A stretch of 64,000 nt of DNA from Eledone cirrhosa (taxonomy: Eukaryota). This document shows, piece after piece, positions 13,596 through 30,960 of this stretch. Every line of letters starts with the position of its first letter. Position 1 is the first letter of the stretch. Location: assembly GCA_964016885.1 (NCBI GenBank), contig OZ024760.1:18104001-18168000 (forward strand), written 5' to 3'. The position numbers were made by a program, and so were the translations under genes. The notes under the pieces are model-generated. The model did not search any database. It saw only the letters and a list, made by a program, of their open reading frames with translations, and had not been told where the DNA came from.

Positions 13596-13904
13596 AAGGA
13601 GTTCCAAAGCATACTAATTAAAAAAAAAAGTGAAGAGAGAGTGAGGGAGAGAGAGAGAAAGAAAGATAGATAGATAGAGAGGGAGGGGGGGGAGATGGGG
13701 AAAAGAGAAGGGGAGAGATAGAGAGAGAGTCTCGCTATGGTCAGTAGCCAGTATTACTAGACTGAGCAGAAATAAAGAGATAGGAGAAGCCATGTACAAT
13801 TGATCTAAAAACTCTGGAGTAAAAAGCAGAAATGAGTGAAAGACTTGATTCTAGTTGAAGGAATCAATGGTTGACCAATAGTAGCTAGAACAACAGTTAT
13901 ATTA

Positions 13905-14745
<841 letters not shown>

Positions 14746-14844
14746 GTCCCACCCTTGCAAGCAGGGAAAAGCGACGTAAAATGATGATGATGATGATATA
14801 TATATACATATGTGTGTGAATATATACTCCATCCTCCTACTTCC

Positions 14845-15175
14845 GTACACGGTAAAGTGGTTGTGTACACGGTAAAGTGGTTGTGTACACGGTAAAGTGG
14901 TTGTGTACACGGTAAAGTGGTTGTGTACACGGTAAAGTGGTTGTGTACACGGTAAAGTGGTTGTGTACACGGTAAAGTGGTTGTGTACACGGTAAAGTGG
15001 TTGTGTACACGGTAAAGTGGTTGTGTACACGGTAAAGTGGTTGTGTACACGGTAAAGTGGTTGTGTACACGGTAAAGTGGTTGTGTACACGGTAAAGTGG
15101 TTGTGTACACGGTAAAGTGGTTGTGTACACGGTAAAGTGGTTGTGTACATGGTAAAGTGGTTGTGTACACGGTAA
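14845..15175. repeat. 20-bp tandem repeat GTACACGGTAAAGTGGTTGT, about 16 units
   Basis: Directly visible; abuts a SINE-related segment. Confidence 0.95.
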
Positions 15176-17137
15176 AAAAGGCTCCCAGTCCACACTGTAA
15201 ACATGGCTGCTGTTAGGAAAGGCATCCAGCTGTAAAAATCCCACCAAATTAGAGTTCCATCTGAGCAAGGTATGTGCGGCGGCGGGGGGGGGGGGGGGGG
15301 GGCAGCCATGTCTCATGACTGGTTAAAGATAATGATGATGGTGATGATGACATATAAATATATAAATGTATTTATGTACACATATCTTCCCCCAATGACA
15401 GATACCCAACCCAACACATTTTACCTTGTTGAATTTGTTGAATGACAGACACCACTCACATGATCCAAGGCCACAAGTAACATTCCCCACCCCAGCCTGC
15501 AGTGCAATGTCTGGTACTGCCCAGCAGTCCTAGACAGGTATGAATGAATGCAGTTGGTAGCTATATTTATTGGGAAAGATGCCAACACTTTGTTGAAATC
15601 AGCAAGGTGGCTTACTGTCTCACCCATGGATGTGCCTAGAGCCATGCAGATGAATTTTCCAGCAACAATCATGGTCTTTGGTGCCGTCTATTCCTGAGTG
15701 GGTCGTGGGAGCAGAGTCTTCTAACACTCCTTCCGGTGGGTCCTGTCAGAAGCAACCATCTCCAACTGATCTGGCTGGATCCCCAAGCAAGACCAGTCAA
15801 GCTCATGGATATTATCTAACCATCTTGATCAGGATCTACCCTTGGGTCTCCTGCCTGTTGCTTTTGCCTGTAAAATCTGTCCAGTGATTCTTTCCTGAGA
15901 CATTCTAACCACATGCCTATAGTATTGGAGCCATGATCTCTCAATTCAGAGAATTAGCGGCTCTACCTGGAGTGACTTTCTGATCTCCGAGCTATGCATG
16001 CTATTGAGTAACGTTTTATTGACTATATATATATATATATTTCGATATCTCTTGTTATATCCCCAAAGGGAAAGCACAATCAACCATAGGCGGCCATCTT
16101 TGTTTTCCATTTTCCTCATGACAGGCTGAAGAAATCAGGGCCCAGATCCCAATGAAACTTGAGTTTATGTCACTGTTGTAATTATATATATATATATAAA
16201 GTACCAGTAATGTACTGGGTATTTGCTGGCCTTGTGCCAAAAGTAGAAACAATTATATATATATATTTTTTTTTTTTTCATAAAATTGTAGGAATCTCAG
16301 CGCAGAGGTAAGCTGTAGACAGTTGAGTGCTAAATACATAGGAAAAATTCAGGTTAAAATATATACCCCTCTCATGCTTTAGATTCTCTTTCTTCCATTC
16401 TCTCCCTCTCTCAATTCTTCTACTCAATATGTGGTTATATTTTAACCCGAGTTTTTACTAGGCACATAGCACTCAGCTGTTTACAGCTACCCCCACGCTA
16501 AGATTCCTTTTCATTTAATGTTTCCCTATACATACATATATATACATCATTATCATCATCGTTTAACGTCCATCTTCCACGCTAGCATGGGTTAGACAGT
16601 TTTGTTCCATTTGATGTGGGAATGGTCGGGAGACTGTTTCTCGCTCACACGAAAGCGTCTCTGGCAGGTTTTTTACAGCTGGATGCCCTTCCTAACACCA
16701 ACCACATTTACAGTGTGGACTGGGAGCCTTTTTACCGTGTCTCCTACATGGCCACCTTACAGTGTGGACTGTTGTGTCATCGACACAGTGGACGGAATGG
16801 GAGAGGGAGGTGGAGTAGGTTGTGGCGGTGAGGTGTACATTGAGTTAAGAGGTGCCTACTATATATATATATACAAAATTAAGATAAATCAAATGAATTT
16901 AATCTAAATCGAAATTATGGGTGTCATGCCAGAAAGACATGCACCATATCACCCGCAAAATAAGCTCTAAGATTCTAACGAGTAGGTCCGAGCATTTTAT
17001 AATCATATTATAAGGTATCTATTTTTGAAGTTCTGGTCAACTTTATTTAGTTACCTACCTAGCTATGTGTGGTTACACACTTGTAAAAATTATCTCCTGT
17101 GATTATTCTAGTTAGTATATATATATATATATATATG

Positions 17138-17291
17138 CATGCACCGGAGAACATCTACAAATGCAGTCGCTGTAAACAGGATTGCCATTCCCAAGTAGGC
17201 CTGTACAGCTACAGAAGACACTGCACCGCCCTCAGCAGCTGACACGAAATCCTCCAGATGTAGATCCACAGCCTTTCAAGACCAATGGATG

Positions 17292-17300
<9 letters not shown>
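17138..17300 (+). mobile_element. RTE/BovB-like LINE C-terminal zinc-finger fragment
   Basis: Translates YKCSRCKQDCHSQVGLYSYRRHC. Confidence 0.45.
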
Positions 17301-17353
<53 letters not shown>

Positions 17354-18211
17354 ATAAAAAAACAATATTTTTCAAGACGACTGTAGTTTCAAGAAATTAC
17401 TCAAAATTTGAGTTTTTAGGAGTATATATTAAATTATGGAATATTTCGGTGCATTTATTTGTACATTGGTAAGCTTAAACGATTTTGAAACAATTGAAGC
17501 TTTATGATCTGAGTTTAACACCTATCTAGGTCAACAGTCATCGATATAATCAACTACCAGTCATAACCTGAGTTACGTTGATCAACTATCACCCCCAACA
17601 AAATCGTTGGCCTATGTTAGAATGGTGGATATTGACAAAATGCTTTATAGTATTTAGTCATGATCTGCATTTTATATACCTAAAACGAAACATCTATTAA
17701 TAATAGTGACACTTGTGTTATACACAGATTATTTTTATACATGTGATCAAGAAGGAGGTTTAAAATATCTTCAGGTAGAATTGCCAGATTTTCAAATCCC
17801 GTAAGATTCTCAACTGCCGTGATTTGATAAAGAATTAAAAGATAATTTATTTTTAGAAATAATGATGATGTTTGTATTTGCTAATTAGACCGATCAACGT
17901 ATTCACCTGAGTTGGCAGTGGGCTAATTTTTTCTATCTGTCACACATGGTTAGATTTTAAGTAGGTTTTCTGGTTCCTCATAATTTATACAATTATCATG
18001 AGGCAATCAAATAGTTATACATATCAAAGAAACGTGTATATTTACAGAACATATGTTTGATTGTTAGTTTTTTGTCGGTAAATATCATCGTGTTTGATGA
18101 GAGAGAAAAAATATCCGTCTGCTAGCGAGAAAATGATCGGTGAAAACACAACAATAAAAATAAATCAGCGATCAATAGATAATCATATTAAAGAAAACAT
18201 TCTAAAATTCA

Positions 18212-18742
<531 letters not shown>

Positions 18743-18777
18743 ATGCAAGCAATCAAATGTGTGGTTGTAGGTGATGG
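18743..18777 (+). CDS. RAC1: Rac1 GTPase, coding exon 1
   Basis: ATG CAA GCA ATC AAA TGT GTG GTT GTA GGT GAT GG = MQAIKCVVVGDG, the Rac N-terminus; 35 nt followed by donor GTATGT. Confidence 0.98.
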
Positions 18778-20263
18778 GTATGTAATAGTCTAGATTGTTA
18801 TATTTATTCAGCTTTATTCTCCATCTTATACAAGACACACGTTCGCTGCCGAAAATCTCTTTAAAAAAATCATATTTTTTCTCTCTTCTCCCGCAGAAAA
18901 ACGGCGATTTATTAAAACATCCCAGTTAGCATGTTAACTAAAAACTATCAGCAGATATTCTATAGTGTCTTGTCTTTGACCTAATACTTATTATGTTTGA
19001 TGTTATTTTGTTTATTATACAGAATTTAAAATATTTCTCAACAGACGTAGACACACTTCTCTCTGCTTTTAATTTCTTAACAATTTACAAGGATCACTTG
19101 TGAAGTTTTGCCTATCTTCAAACTCCCCCAACACTGCACTAATTATTTTTTACCAACTTCCTACCATCACTTTACAATACAATACACTTGTCAGTCGCAA
19201 CTTATATATAAAGGAAAGCTAAACTCTATAATATATTTTATTTTTATAAAACCTGTTACAATCAATCAATTTTACACATCTCATTTTTATATTTTTTCTT
19301 TAGAAGACTCATTTTTTTTTATAAGACACTTAAAAATTGACCTATTTGTTACTTTAAAAACAAATCGCAGTGTATTTTAGCTTATGAATAATTTAATCAT
19401 AGCCGAATATTTCGGTGATAAACGTGTGTACCGCCCTAGTTTTAAATATAATTCTTTTATTTCTAAACTTCTCAACCTTTTTCTTACCCAGACATCTTTC
19501 CGATCCCAAACCCTCTTTTAAACACGGACTGTCCATTTATTCACATTTTTCTTACTTTTTATTTTAAATATTCAATTAAAACCACAATGTAATATCTATT
19601 TGATTTACTATAATTTGATGTCGTTCCAAAATGTCTCGTCTTCACATTAACCACTTACTTAACGAACGCACTCTCACACATATATTATATACGGCATGTA
19701 TAATATTATATATATATATATTCTTGTGTGTATAAATTGGTGTATATATATATATATATTCCTGTGAATATGTGTGTATATAATATATAAACATATCCGT
19801 GTATATGTATATATATATATATATTATCTCTCTCTTAATATATATATATATCCATGTATGCATATACACACGCATATGTGTGTATGTTTGTGATATGTAT
19901 ATATGTGTATATCAGAATTAGCCGTCGAAACGGCTTGAGCTCAGCCGTCGGGGTCCTACTTGTTCCTATATATATATATACATACATACACACACACATA
20001 TATATATATATATACATACACACACATATATATACATACACACACATATATATATATATACATACATACACACACATATATATATATACACACATATATA
20101 CACACACACACATACACACACACACACACACATACATACACACACACACACACATATACATACACACACACACACATATACATACACACACACACACACA
20201 TATACATACACACACACACATATACATACACACACACACACACATACATACACACACATACAT

Positions 20264-20296
<33 letters not shown>

Positions 20297-22431
20297 CACA
20301 CACACATACACACACACTTCTGTGTGTATGTCCACGCCTATTATAGTTATTTCTCCGTAGTGCTGTTCTTACATTTTTACGATATTGAAATAAATAATTA
20401 AAACACACACGCACAACAAAAAAATAGCAACAACAACGAAATCCAAACGATTTTTAGTCAGACGATATTTCAGATTTGGGGGGTGGGGGCTCTTCTCCAC
20501 CAAAACCCTGCCCCTCCCTTTCCTTTAATTCATGAAAAATCTACAGTTTCTGCTGCTTAAATTCGAGTTTTTTTTATATATTTTATTACTGGGCCACAGT
20601 TGTCACTTTGCTTTCGTCGTCGTCTTTCCTACACAGTCGTTCCTCTCGCCCACACTCTTTCTTTCTCTTTCTTCTTACTCCACAGTTATTTTATTTATTA
20701 TATCCTTTCCTTTCTTCCCTCTTCTCTCTCTCTGTTCCTCTATCCTCTCTTTCCTCCCTTCCTTCCTTCTCTCTCTCTCCCCCCCCCCCCCTATAGTGTG
20801 CTGTGTGTTCTAATGTTCAACAGTCTCTCGTCGTCTGATGACTGGAATTTTTAGTCGTCTATCCATCCTACTTTCTAGGACATATAACTTCCGTTAAAAT
20901 AACTAACTCACTCATTATATATGACCAACCATTGGGAGCAAATACTTTCTATGTATGTATGTATGTATGTATGTATATATATATATATATATACATACAT
21001 ACATACATACATATATGTGTGTGTGTGTGTCTAGGCCTCTTATATTATCATTATTAGTAGTATTATTACTATCATTATTAGTAGTATTATAGTCGATAAA
21101 ATAAAGCACCAGTAGCACCAGTAATGCAAGAGAGGGGGGGGGTGTAATTGCTGGCCTTGTGCCAAAAGTAAAAACATAATCATTATTGCTTAGTCTTTCA
21201 CCCTTCCGGGGTCGATGAAATAAAGAGTACCAGTCGAGTACTGAGATTAATTAAACCAACGTTCCCTTCTCCATAAATTGCTGGTCTTGTGCCTGAATTA
21301 GAAAGCACCATTACTGTTTATTATAGGTCTTATTTTTGGCTTTATTTTTCTCTGATCTCTCCCTGTCTCTCTCTATATATTTCTCTCTTAAATACTGCAT
21401 TCTTGTTTCCAGGAATCTACGTAGATCGTAACTCAAACTAGACCTAGCTAGTATAAAAGTGCTTATGTATATATATACACACATACACACACACATATAT
21501 ATATACATATACATTATATATGTATATATTATTGTATTCATGTGAATCCTTCACTCACACACATAGATATGGATTTATATATATATATATGTATACATAT
21601 AAGTGTGTGTGTGTGTGGATATATATATATATATATATCATCGTTTTACGTCCATTCTTCCACGTTAGCATGGGTTAGACGGTCTCTCTCTCTCTAATAT
21701 ATATATATGTGTGTGTGTGTGTATGTATGTATAGTGTTCATGTGAATGCTACATACACACCCTCACATATATATTATATATGTATATAACCTTATGTATT
21801 ATTGTATTCATGTGAATGCTACACATACTTACACACATATATACACACTCATACATATACATACATACATATGTTACCGGAAGCCTTCTTTACATAATTT
21901 CTCTGATAGTAGTAGCACCACGGCTACTAGTAACCATTATTAAGAATGCAAATCTTTCTATTTACATGGCAAACGTGACTTGGTTTTATGTGTTTTCTAT
22001 CACCACCGCCACCGGCTGTCTTGTAATCTTTCAGACATTGTAAATTAATTAACTGCCAAAATGTGTTTTCTATAGAATGTTTGCCAAAAACTTCTAATGG
22101 AGAGAGAGAAAGACTTTAATCTGTCTGTCTGTCTGTCCCTCTATATCCAAACTTGAAACAGCGATGTCTTTTTAGCCTTGCCCATTTCGGAAGGAAAACG
22201 TCTAAGATTATTAAACTACTAACCCATTCCTCCCATTTAACCATGTCTCTCTGGTCCCTTCTGTTTAATAGTAATCTTAGCTGCTTAGTGCCCCCTCTAT
22301 CTCTCTCCTAACTGCGGGACCAATCCTTCTGTGTTGTTAAATGACCCATCCTCCTGTCTTTAAATAATAGTAATATAATGTAACAAGTCCTAATTTTGTC
22401 TTATTTGTTGCGAATTTGTAGAAATGTGTTG

Positions 22432-22462
<31 letters not shown>

Positions 22463-22593
22463 ATCATTTAACGTTCGTTTTTCCCTATGAGCAATCGTTG
22501 GACACACACATATGTGTGTGTGTCTGTATGTATGTATGTATATCTGATGTGTGATATACTATTCAAATTTATCTTCAAACTATAACAAATTTT

Positions 22594-22626
<33 letters not shown>

Positions 22627-22765
22627 ATGTGTGTTTTCTTGAGGTAAACAGGCGAAACTCCAGAGTAATAAGAGTCACTATTCTATTTAGCCTTAATATA
22701 AATGAATATTAAAACTCTACTTCGGTATTGAGTACTCTTTTCTCTCAGCCGTCAACCACATACGG

Positions 22766-22804
<39 letters not shown>

Positions 22805-23488
22805 GATATCCAGTGATATAAGTGTTTAATTTTGATATAAAATATAGTAAAATTAGAAAGCTTCACTGAAATTAAGGCGCAACAGGTCCATTTATTTTTT
22901 GCCATCCTTCTGCCCCCCCCCCCTACCCCGACGCAATCAACAATACCACCCACCTCACCCAGCACATAGAACATGGTACTCACTAGAATTGACAACTAAG
23001 TTATTATATACAGAAAGGCGGATGTGAAAACGATGGTGATGATAGTGGTGTGCTATATGATACTTGGTGAAGATAGTTTTTCTGTCTACTATTCTTCAAT
23101 GGATTGTTTTGTTTTTTGTTTTAATTTTTTATTTTAACTGTAGAAAGAAAGAAGAAAAAAGAGACAAAGCTATGAAGTGTTTCTAATTCGTAAAATGTGT
23201 TGTATATATATGATGGTTTCTTGTACTCCTTGGTAGACGGGATCGAGTACAGTAATAGGTGGGTGTTGATGTTTTAGTTTGACTGGGTTATATATATATG
23301 AATGGCTTCTTGTACTCCTTGGTAGATGGGGTACAGTAGTGGGTGTTGTTGTTGATGATGTAGTTGTAGTTTTTAGTTTAACTGGGTTATATATATGTAT
23401 GGCTTCTTGTACTCCTTGGTAAATAGGGTACAGTAGTAGGTGGATGTTTGTTGTTGATGTAGTAGTTGTAGTTTTTAGTTTGACTGGG

Positions 23489-23553
<65 letters not shown>

Positions 23554-26500
23554 TTCTTATACTCCTTGGTAGACTGGGTAGTGTACAATAGAGTGGGTGT
23601 TGTTGTTGTTAGGTTGACGGCGGACTTATATCTTCTTGGACTCTTTGGTAGCCAGAGTAGTGTGGGTGTTTGTTGTAGTTTTTAGGTTGACTGGGTTATA
23701 TATGTGGCTTCTTGTACTCCTTGGTAGATACAGTACAGTAGAGTGGAGTGGGTGTTGTTGGTGTTGTTGTTAGGTTGGCTGTGGTGTCTTATATCCTTTT
23801 GGACTCTTTGGTAGCCAGAGTAGTGTGGGGTGTTTGTTGTTCATGTTGTAGTTATTAGTTTGTTACCAACCACCAGCTCTGTTTCTATGAAATAAAGTCA
23901 CCCATTTTAAAAGGTTTTCAATTTAAATTAAAATCTTCCAACATAATTTTATATAAGTACCTTACATTAAGTTACTATCTTTATAATGAAATAATTAATA
24001 ATTTTAGTAAATCCCTTAAAATTCTTCATTAATTAATTAAAATAGTCTGTATTTCATTAGAAATGTAGTCATGAAAGGGTTAACTGTGTTAGATGTATAT
24101 CTTATACTCTACAGTAGCTGGTGTGGAGTAGACCAGGTGTTGTTGTTGTTGATGTTAGTGTTGTTATCTGTGTATCTGGTACTACATAGTAGTCAGAGTA
24201 GAGTTTGTGGGTAGTTGTTGTGACTGGGTTATATCTATCTGGTGTAGAGTATGTTGGTGTTTGTTGTTGTGTACTACATAGTAGCTTGTGTAGAGTGTGT
24301 GCAGGTTTGTTGTTGTTACTGGGTTATATATATATATAACCCAGCTAACAGAAGTCTGATGAGCTTTTGGTTCCAGAGTCAGGCCCAATAGATGGAGATC
24401 GAACCATGAGCTGATCAATCATGAAACACGCATCACACCTGAATAAACTTAATATAAATTTGACACCTCATCCATACATATATATATGTGTGTGTGTGTA
24501 AAGTGGTTGTGTAGGTGTCCCGACAAAAAAGCACCCAGTCCACACTATAAAGTGGTCATGTAGGTGCCATGGTAAAAAGCACCCAGTATTCACTGTAAAT
24601 GAGGTTGTTGTTAGGAAGGGCATCCAGCTGTAGAAATCAAGCCAAATCAGTCCTGTATGCAAGACATGGTCAGTTGACCTGGCATTGCCCACAACAGGAT
24701 AACTCGTCTAACCCATGCTAGCAGGGAAGAATGGACGTAAAACGGTGGTGATGATTATATATAATAGTGAAGCTTGTTACTCGGGAGTTTCACCTGTTTA
24801 ACACAGGGTCAAGAACTGTTCTTCCTGTGATAAACAGGCGAAACTCCAGAGTAACAAAACTCACTATTTAACCATAATAAAATGAATATTAAAACTCTTT
24901 GGTATTGAGGACTTTGTTCTCTCAGCCATCAACCACACATGGATTTATGCTTAAAGATCTGGCTAATACAATGGAGAGACACCCATTTATATATACACAT
25001 TTTTACCTACACAGCCCTGCCAAAAAATTAGATAGAACAAACCTTAACTAGCGAAAACACGCTGCACAAAATACAATTACTCGGTAAAATAAAGAGTAAT
25101 CTTAAAATTTACGAAAATTATTATTTCATTACTAATATAGTAACTTAATGTAATGTTCTTATACAAAATTACGCTCGAAGATTTTAATATAAATTGGAAC
25201 CCTTTAAAATGGATGACTTTATTTCATAGAACCAGAGCTGGTTTTGGCCAGGTTTGTGACTAAAGGTTTGAAATACAAGTGACTGTGTATTTCACAGACA
25301 TGACACACATATATATATATCTCAACAGGATTCTCAGAGGAATTCAGTGTGACCTTTGAATTTCAAGTACAGCCCATCCCATGATCGTTCGATTTTTTTT
25401 TTTTTTTTTGTTTACTCATTTTCACTGACATGGTTTAGCCAACTTGAGGTTATGGTCCACTGCTTCACTTCTCCATTAGCTGATGAAACTAATGCAAACA
25501 CACCTTACAGAACCAGTTACAGATTATGGCCATGTAGATAGGAGTTTTTCTGATGTCACACATAATTGTGTGGTACATAATATTGAAATAAGTGAAATTT
25601 GGCTGGGAAGTATATTTAACCGATTAACATTTACATTACTCTATACATATGCTATTGTATTTTCACAGTAAAGGCTTCATCTCACTGAATTATCTCACAT
25701 AATATCGAATCTATGAGATTTTGATATTATCTATTATCAGAACAATACCTTAACGTCGGTTTAAGTGGCTGGTTACGGCCAGTTTGAACAGAAAGAGGTG
25801 AGAGAATTCTGGCCGGATGGGGCCAGTTTAAATGTTAAAGAGTTAAGAACTGGTAACTATATAATGTAGAAATCTGAATCGGTAAAGGAAAGGGTGTCGT
25901 ATTCAACCCACCCAAATGATTAAAATAATATCACCAGTGTTTTATATACTAGGATATTTCATGTTTAGACTTCCACAGGCTTCAGACGTGGAGAGCTAGC
26001 TGGCAACAGACATCTTCACCGGCCCAACTGTCAACCCATATACGGCCCTCTTCCCAGGCAAGGCATCCAGGCATAGAAAACTTGCCATATCATGTGTTGG
26101 GCCTCTTATTTTCTCCTCCCTAACCAATTAGTTTTTGCAGGTCTTCTGTAAAAATAACAAGGAGATTAAACTGGTTTGGGCATGATGTCATCAGAAGAGA
26201 TGATTGCTATGTCAAAATGTCCTATATGAGAGAATCTCTTGGGAAAAGGCCACAGGGTAGACCTCACAGGAGATGGAAGGATCATATTTGTGAGGATGTT
26301 TGTACACTGCTGCTCACATGGAAAATGATTGCTCTGCAGCGGGGAGAAGTGGAAGGGTTTTGTGGACATAGTGTGCAAGGATCTCATCGGGATTATGCAG
26401 TTGAGCCTTTAGCATTTTATCCGGCCAGAATTCTCTCGCCTCTTTCTGTTCAAACTGGCTGTAACTGGCCACTCATACTGATGTTAAGGTATTGTTCTTA

Positions 26501-27439
26501 AAATAAATATCAAAATCTAGATTCGATATTATGTGAGATAATTGTGTAAGATAAAGCCTTCACAATGGAAATACAATAGTATCTATATAGAGTAATGTAA
26601 ATGCTAAAGGATTAAGAGAACCAATTCGGAAAAATGGATAGGTTTGCTTAGTTAGGGCTGACCTGGGGTAAAGAAAAAGCCCTAATAAAGATGAACTGAA
26701 AGACTTAGAGGTGACATATGAAGTTGGTTTGCTCTGAGAAGACTGACTGTATTTACACAACAGCAACAATGAGGACAGTAATTCTCTCACACAATATCTC
26801 ACTATACATATCACTGATGTAGTTATTTTAGAACAATAACACCATCGTTACTTAGGTTTCCAACAGGGCCGATCACTGTATCACTGGTGGCAAGAGAAAG
26901 CCAGTCACTGCTTCATTGTATCACTGGTAACAAGAGGGTGCCAATCACTGCATTACTGGCGACAAGGAGTTATTGCTTCATTGTATCACTGGCAACAAGG
27001 AGTTATTGCTTCATTGTATCACTGGCAACAAGGGGTTATTGCTTCATTGTATCACTGGCAACAAGAGGGAGTTATTACAGCTTTACTGGCGATAAGAGGG
27101 AATTATTACAGCTTTACTGGCAACAAGAGGGAGCTGTCATTGCTTTACTGGTGACATGAGGGAGCTATCATTGCTTTATTGTATCGCTGGCAACAAGAGG
27201 GAGCTAGTCACTGCTTTACTGGTGACAAGTGGGATAAAGGGAGTATCTAATTTGATACAAGAGGCATAACTATACATGTTGGGCTTCTGTACTTTCTCTC
27301 TCTACCAAATTCTATTCATAAGTTTGTCTGATCAACCGAATGCCATGGGAGAAAACACTTGCCTAAAGTGTTGTATAATGGGATTGAACTTGAAGCCACA
27401 TATTTTGCCAGATAAACTTTTTAACCACACAGCTTTGCC

Positions 27440-28400
27440 TGTTTTTTTCTCTCTCTCCAATACAGGGTCCCTCAACCTGTTGCATTTCTTTATCATCTCC
27501 TTGGTGAGGCTCAATTTCACAGCTTCTGCCTAAATTTTCCTGGGCCTACCTCTATCACAGCTTCCTTTCATTTGGAACTTCCATGCTTCAGACAAGTCCT
27601 CTCTAGTACAGCATCCCTCAACCTGTTGCATTTCTTTGTGAGGCTCACCAGCTGTAGATTCAAGTTCACCACCTCTGCCTAAGTTTTGCTGGACCTACCT
27701 CTATCACATCTTCCTTCCATTGGGAACTTCCATGCTTGCATGGGTTAGAAAAGTCCCCTCTATCACAGCATCTCTCAACCTGTTGCATTTCTTTATCTCC
27801 TTTGTGAGGCTGAAGTTCACCTCTTCCTAAGTTTTCCTCAGCCTACCTCTATCACATCTTCCTTCTACTGTCCTCTCCAATACAGGTATCTCTCAACTTG
27901 TTGCATTTTATTGTCGTCTCTTTTGTGAGGTTCAAGTTCACCATCTCTGCCTAGGTTTTCCTGGACCTACCTCTATCGGAACTTCCATTCTTGCATGGTT
28001 TAGACAAGTCATCTCTAGCAAAGCATGCCTCCACTTGTTGCATTTTTTTGTCATTTCCTTTGTGAGACTCATCTCTAGATCAGATTTCACCACTTCTGTT
28101 TGCCTCTACCACATTTTCCTTCCACTTAGAACTCCTGGGACTTCTTCACCCAATGATCATAACATCCAATATATAATCTATTGTCTTGTACTCTCTCAGC
28201 AATATACTATTTATCCACTGCGCCATTCCCGTTTCCTGCTCTTCCAATCCTTCTCAGTTGCTCCCACTCATCACCCATGTTTCACTCCTCCCCATAAATC
28301 ATGGCACTTCTCACACATTCACCATACATACATACTGCTTTCTTTTCAGTTTCTGTGACACTCCTCCACTCTCATTCATCCCATTAGCTCGTCTCTGTTC
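27440..28400 (-). mobile_element. Tandemly reiterated, decayed RTE 3' ends
   Basis: About five diverged 130-170 bp units (CTCAACCTGTTGCATTTC...CCTACCTCTATCACA) resembling 35700..35840. Confidence 0.5.
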
Positions 28401-29624
28401 CCTCCCGGTACTTCTTCCAAGGACATTTCACTCAAGCTCCTGTCTTGGAATCTGATCCACTTGAACTTCCTGACATGTATCCTCGGTAACAAAATATAGT
28501 AATTTGCATGATTTAAAAGAATATGAGCTGAGGGAAATAATTGAAATGATGTTCTGAAGAATGCTTGGAACAGAGTGGACTCTACTAAAGAAATGGCAAG
28601 GTGGTGGTGGTAGGGGTGCTTGACCTGGTAGCAAATTAACCCTTTAACATTTACATTGCTCTATATTTACTTTTGTGGTAAACTTCACATAATTATCTCA
28701 CATAATATTGAATCTATGAGATTTTGATGATGATATTTATTTTGAGAAAAATAACCTAATGTTGGTATGAGCGGCTGGTTTGAACAGAAAGAGGTGAGAG
28801 AATTCTGGCTGGTTTAACCCTTTAGCATTTACATTACTCTATATTTACTATTTTATTTTCGCAGTAAAGGCTTTACCTCCCATAATTATCTCACATAATA
28901 TCGAATCTATGAGATTTTGATATTATTTATTTTGAGAACATCTCAACATTGACATGAGCAGCCAATTTGAACAGAAAGAGGTGAGAGTTCTGGCTGAGTA
29001 TGGCATCCAGCCGTAGAAAATGTGCCAGATAGTCCTATACGAGCGAGACACGGTCACCCGACCAATCTTGCCTCAAGTGGGATAACTCCCGTCTAACCCA
29101 TGCTAGCGTGGAAGATAGACGTTAAACGATGATGATGATATGGCTGGCCATCCGGTTTAAATGCTAAAGAGTTAAAACAGTAGACAGGTCTTTACCCTGG
29201 CTGATAGTTTGAACACACAAGATATTCTTGTTACAACCCTCTTCCTACAACACTGTGAACACACTGCCCCACCTACATACATTCTCACCCACCCTACAAC
29301 ATTAATGGATGGTTTTATTTTCTCTTTTTGTTGCTTCAACACAAACTCAGTATTTTTTGTTGTTGTTTTCTGCTCCAATCTTAGAGCAACAATAAGTCCA
29401 TAGTTGAGTCAAAATGATTTTCTTGTATTTATCTCTACCACTGGTGGTGAATATGTTAATGTCTGATACACTAAGATCATTGTTATGTTTTGGTTTTAAC
29501 TGTTTTAGTCAAGCAGGAGAGTGGAGGGCAGTTATCACGTGTGGGAGGAAAATATCTTTAAAACAGATTTTTATCTACTCCACATATTTGCAACAGGAAA
29601 TTTTGGTGAAAATGCACCCAGGGC

Positions 29625-30960
29625 ACAGGTGGTAATGTTAAACTGGGCAACAGATTAAATCTACCATCCAAAGGCCAGGTGGTGGTGTTAAACTGGACAA
29701 CAGATTAAATCTAACATCCAAAGGTCAGGTGGTAATGTTAAACTGGGCAACAGATTAAATCTACCATCCAAAGGCCAGGTGGTGGTGTTAAACTGGACAA
29801 CAGATTAAATCTAACATCCAAAGGCCAGGTGGTAGTGTTAAACTGGACAACAGATTAAATCTAACATCCAAAGGCCAGGTGGTGGTGTTAAACTGGACAA
29901 CAGATTAAATCTAACATCCAAAGGCCAGGTGGTGGTGTTAAACTGGACAACAGATTAAATCTAACATCCAAAGGCCAGGTGGTGGTGTTAAACTGGACAA
30001 CAGATTAAATCTAACATCCAAAGGCCAGGTGGTAGTGTTAAACTGGGCAACAGATTAAATCTAACATCTAAAGGCCAGGTGGTGGTGTTAAACTGGACAA
30101 CAGATTAAATCTAACATCCAAAGGCCAGGTGGTGGTGTTAAACTGGACAACAGATTAAATCTAACATCCAAAGGCCAGGTGGTGGTGTTAAACTGGACAA
30201 CAGATTAAATCTAACATCCAAAGGCCAGGTGGTAGTGTTAAACTGGGCAACAGATTAAATCTAACATCTAAAGGCCAGGTGGTGGTGTTAAACTGGACAA
30301 CAGATTAAATCTAACATCCAAAGGCCAGGTGGTGGTGTTAAACTGGACAACAGATTAAATCTAACATCCAAAGGCCAGGTGGTAGTGTTAAACTGGACAA
30401 CAGATTAAATCTAACATCCAAAGGCCAGGTGGTGGTGTTAAACTGGACAACAGATTAAATCTAACATCCAAAGGCCAGGTGGTAGTGTTAAACTGGGCAA
30501 CAGATTAAATCTAACATCTAAAGGCCAGGTGGTGGTGTTAAACTGGACAACAGATTAAATCTAACATCCAAAGGCCAGGTGGTGGTGTTAAACTGGACAA
30601 CAGATTAAATCTAACATCCAAAGGCCAGGTGGTAGTGTTAAACTGGACAACAGATTAAATCTAACATCCAAAGGCCAGGTGGTAGTGTTAAACTGGACAA
30701 CAGATTAAATCTACCACCCAAGGGCCAGATGGTAGTGTTAACTTGACAACAGATTAAATCTACCATCCAAGGGCTAGATGGTGGTGTTAAACCAAGCAGT
30801 AGATTAAATTTACAACCCAAGGGCCAAGTGGTGGTTTTAAACTGGGCATTGGATTATGTCTACCTTCCAAAGGTCAAATGGCGGTGTTGAATTGAGCAGT
30901 GGATTAAGTCTACCACTCAAGGGCTAGGTGGTGGTGTTAAACCAGGTGATGGTTTAAGTC
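29625..30960. repeat. 50-bp tandem repeat with homogeneous core and degenerate right edge
   Basis: AAGGCCAGGTGGTGGTGTTAAACTGGACAACAGATTAAATCTAACATCCA, about 22 near-identical plus about 4 diverged units. Confidence 0.95.

Noticed and set aside
29625-30960. CRISPR-like appearance of the 50-bp array (also the 79-bp and 50.6 kb arrays)
   Set aside because: Head-to-tail tandem units without unique spacers, no cas genes, eukaryotic context.
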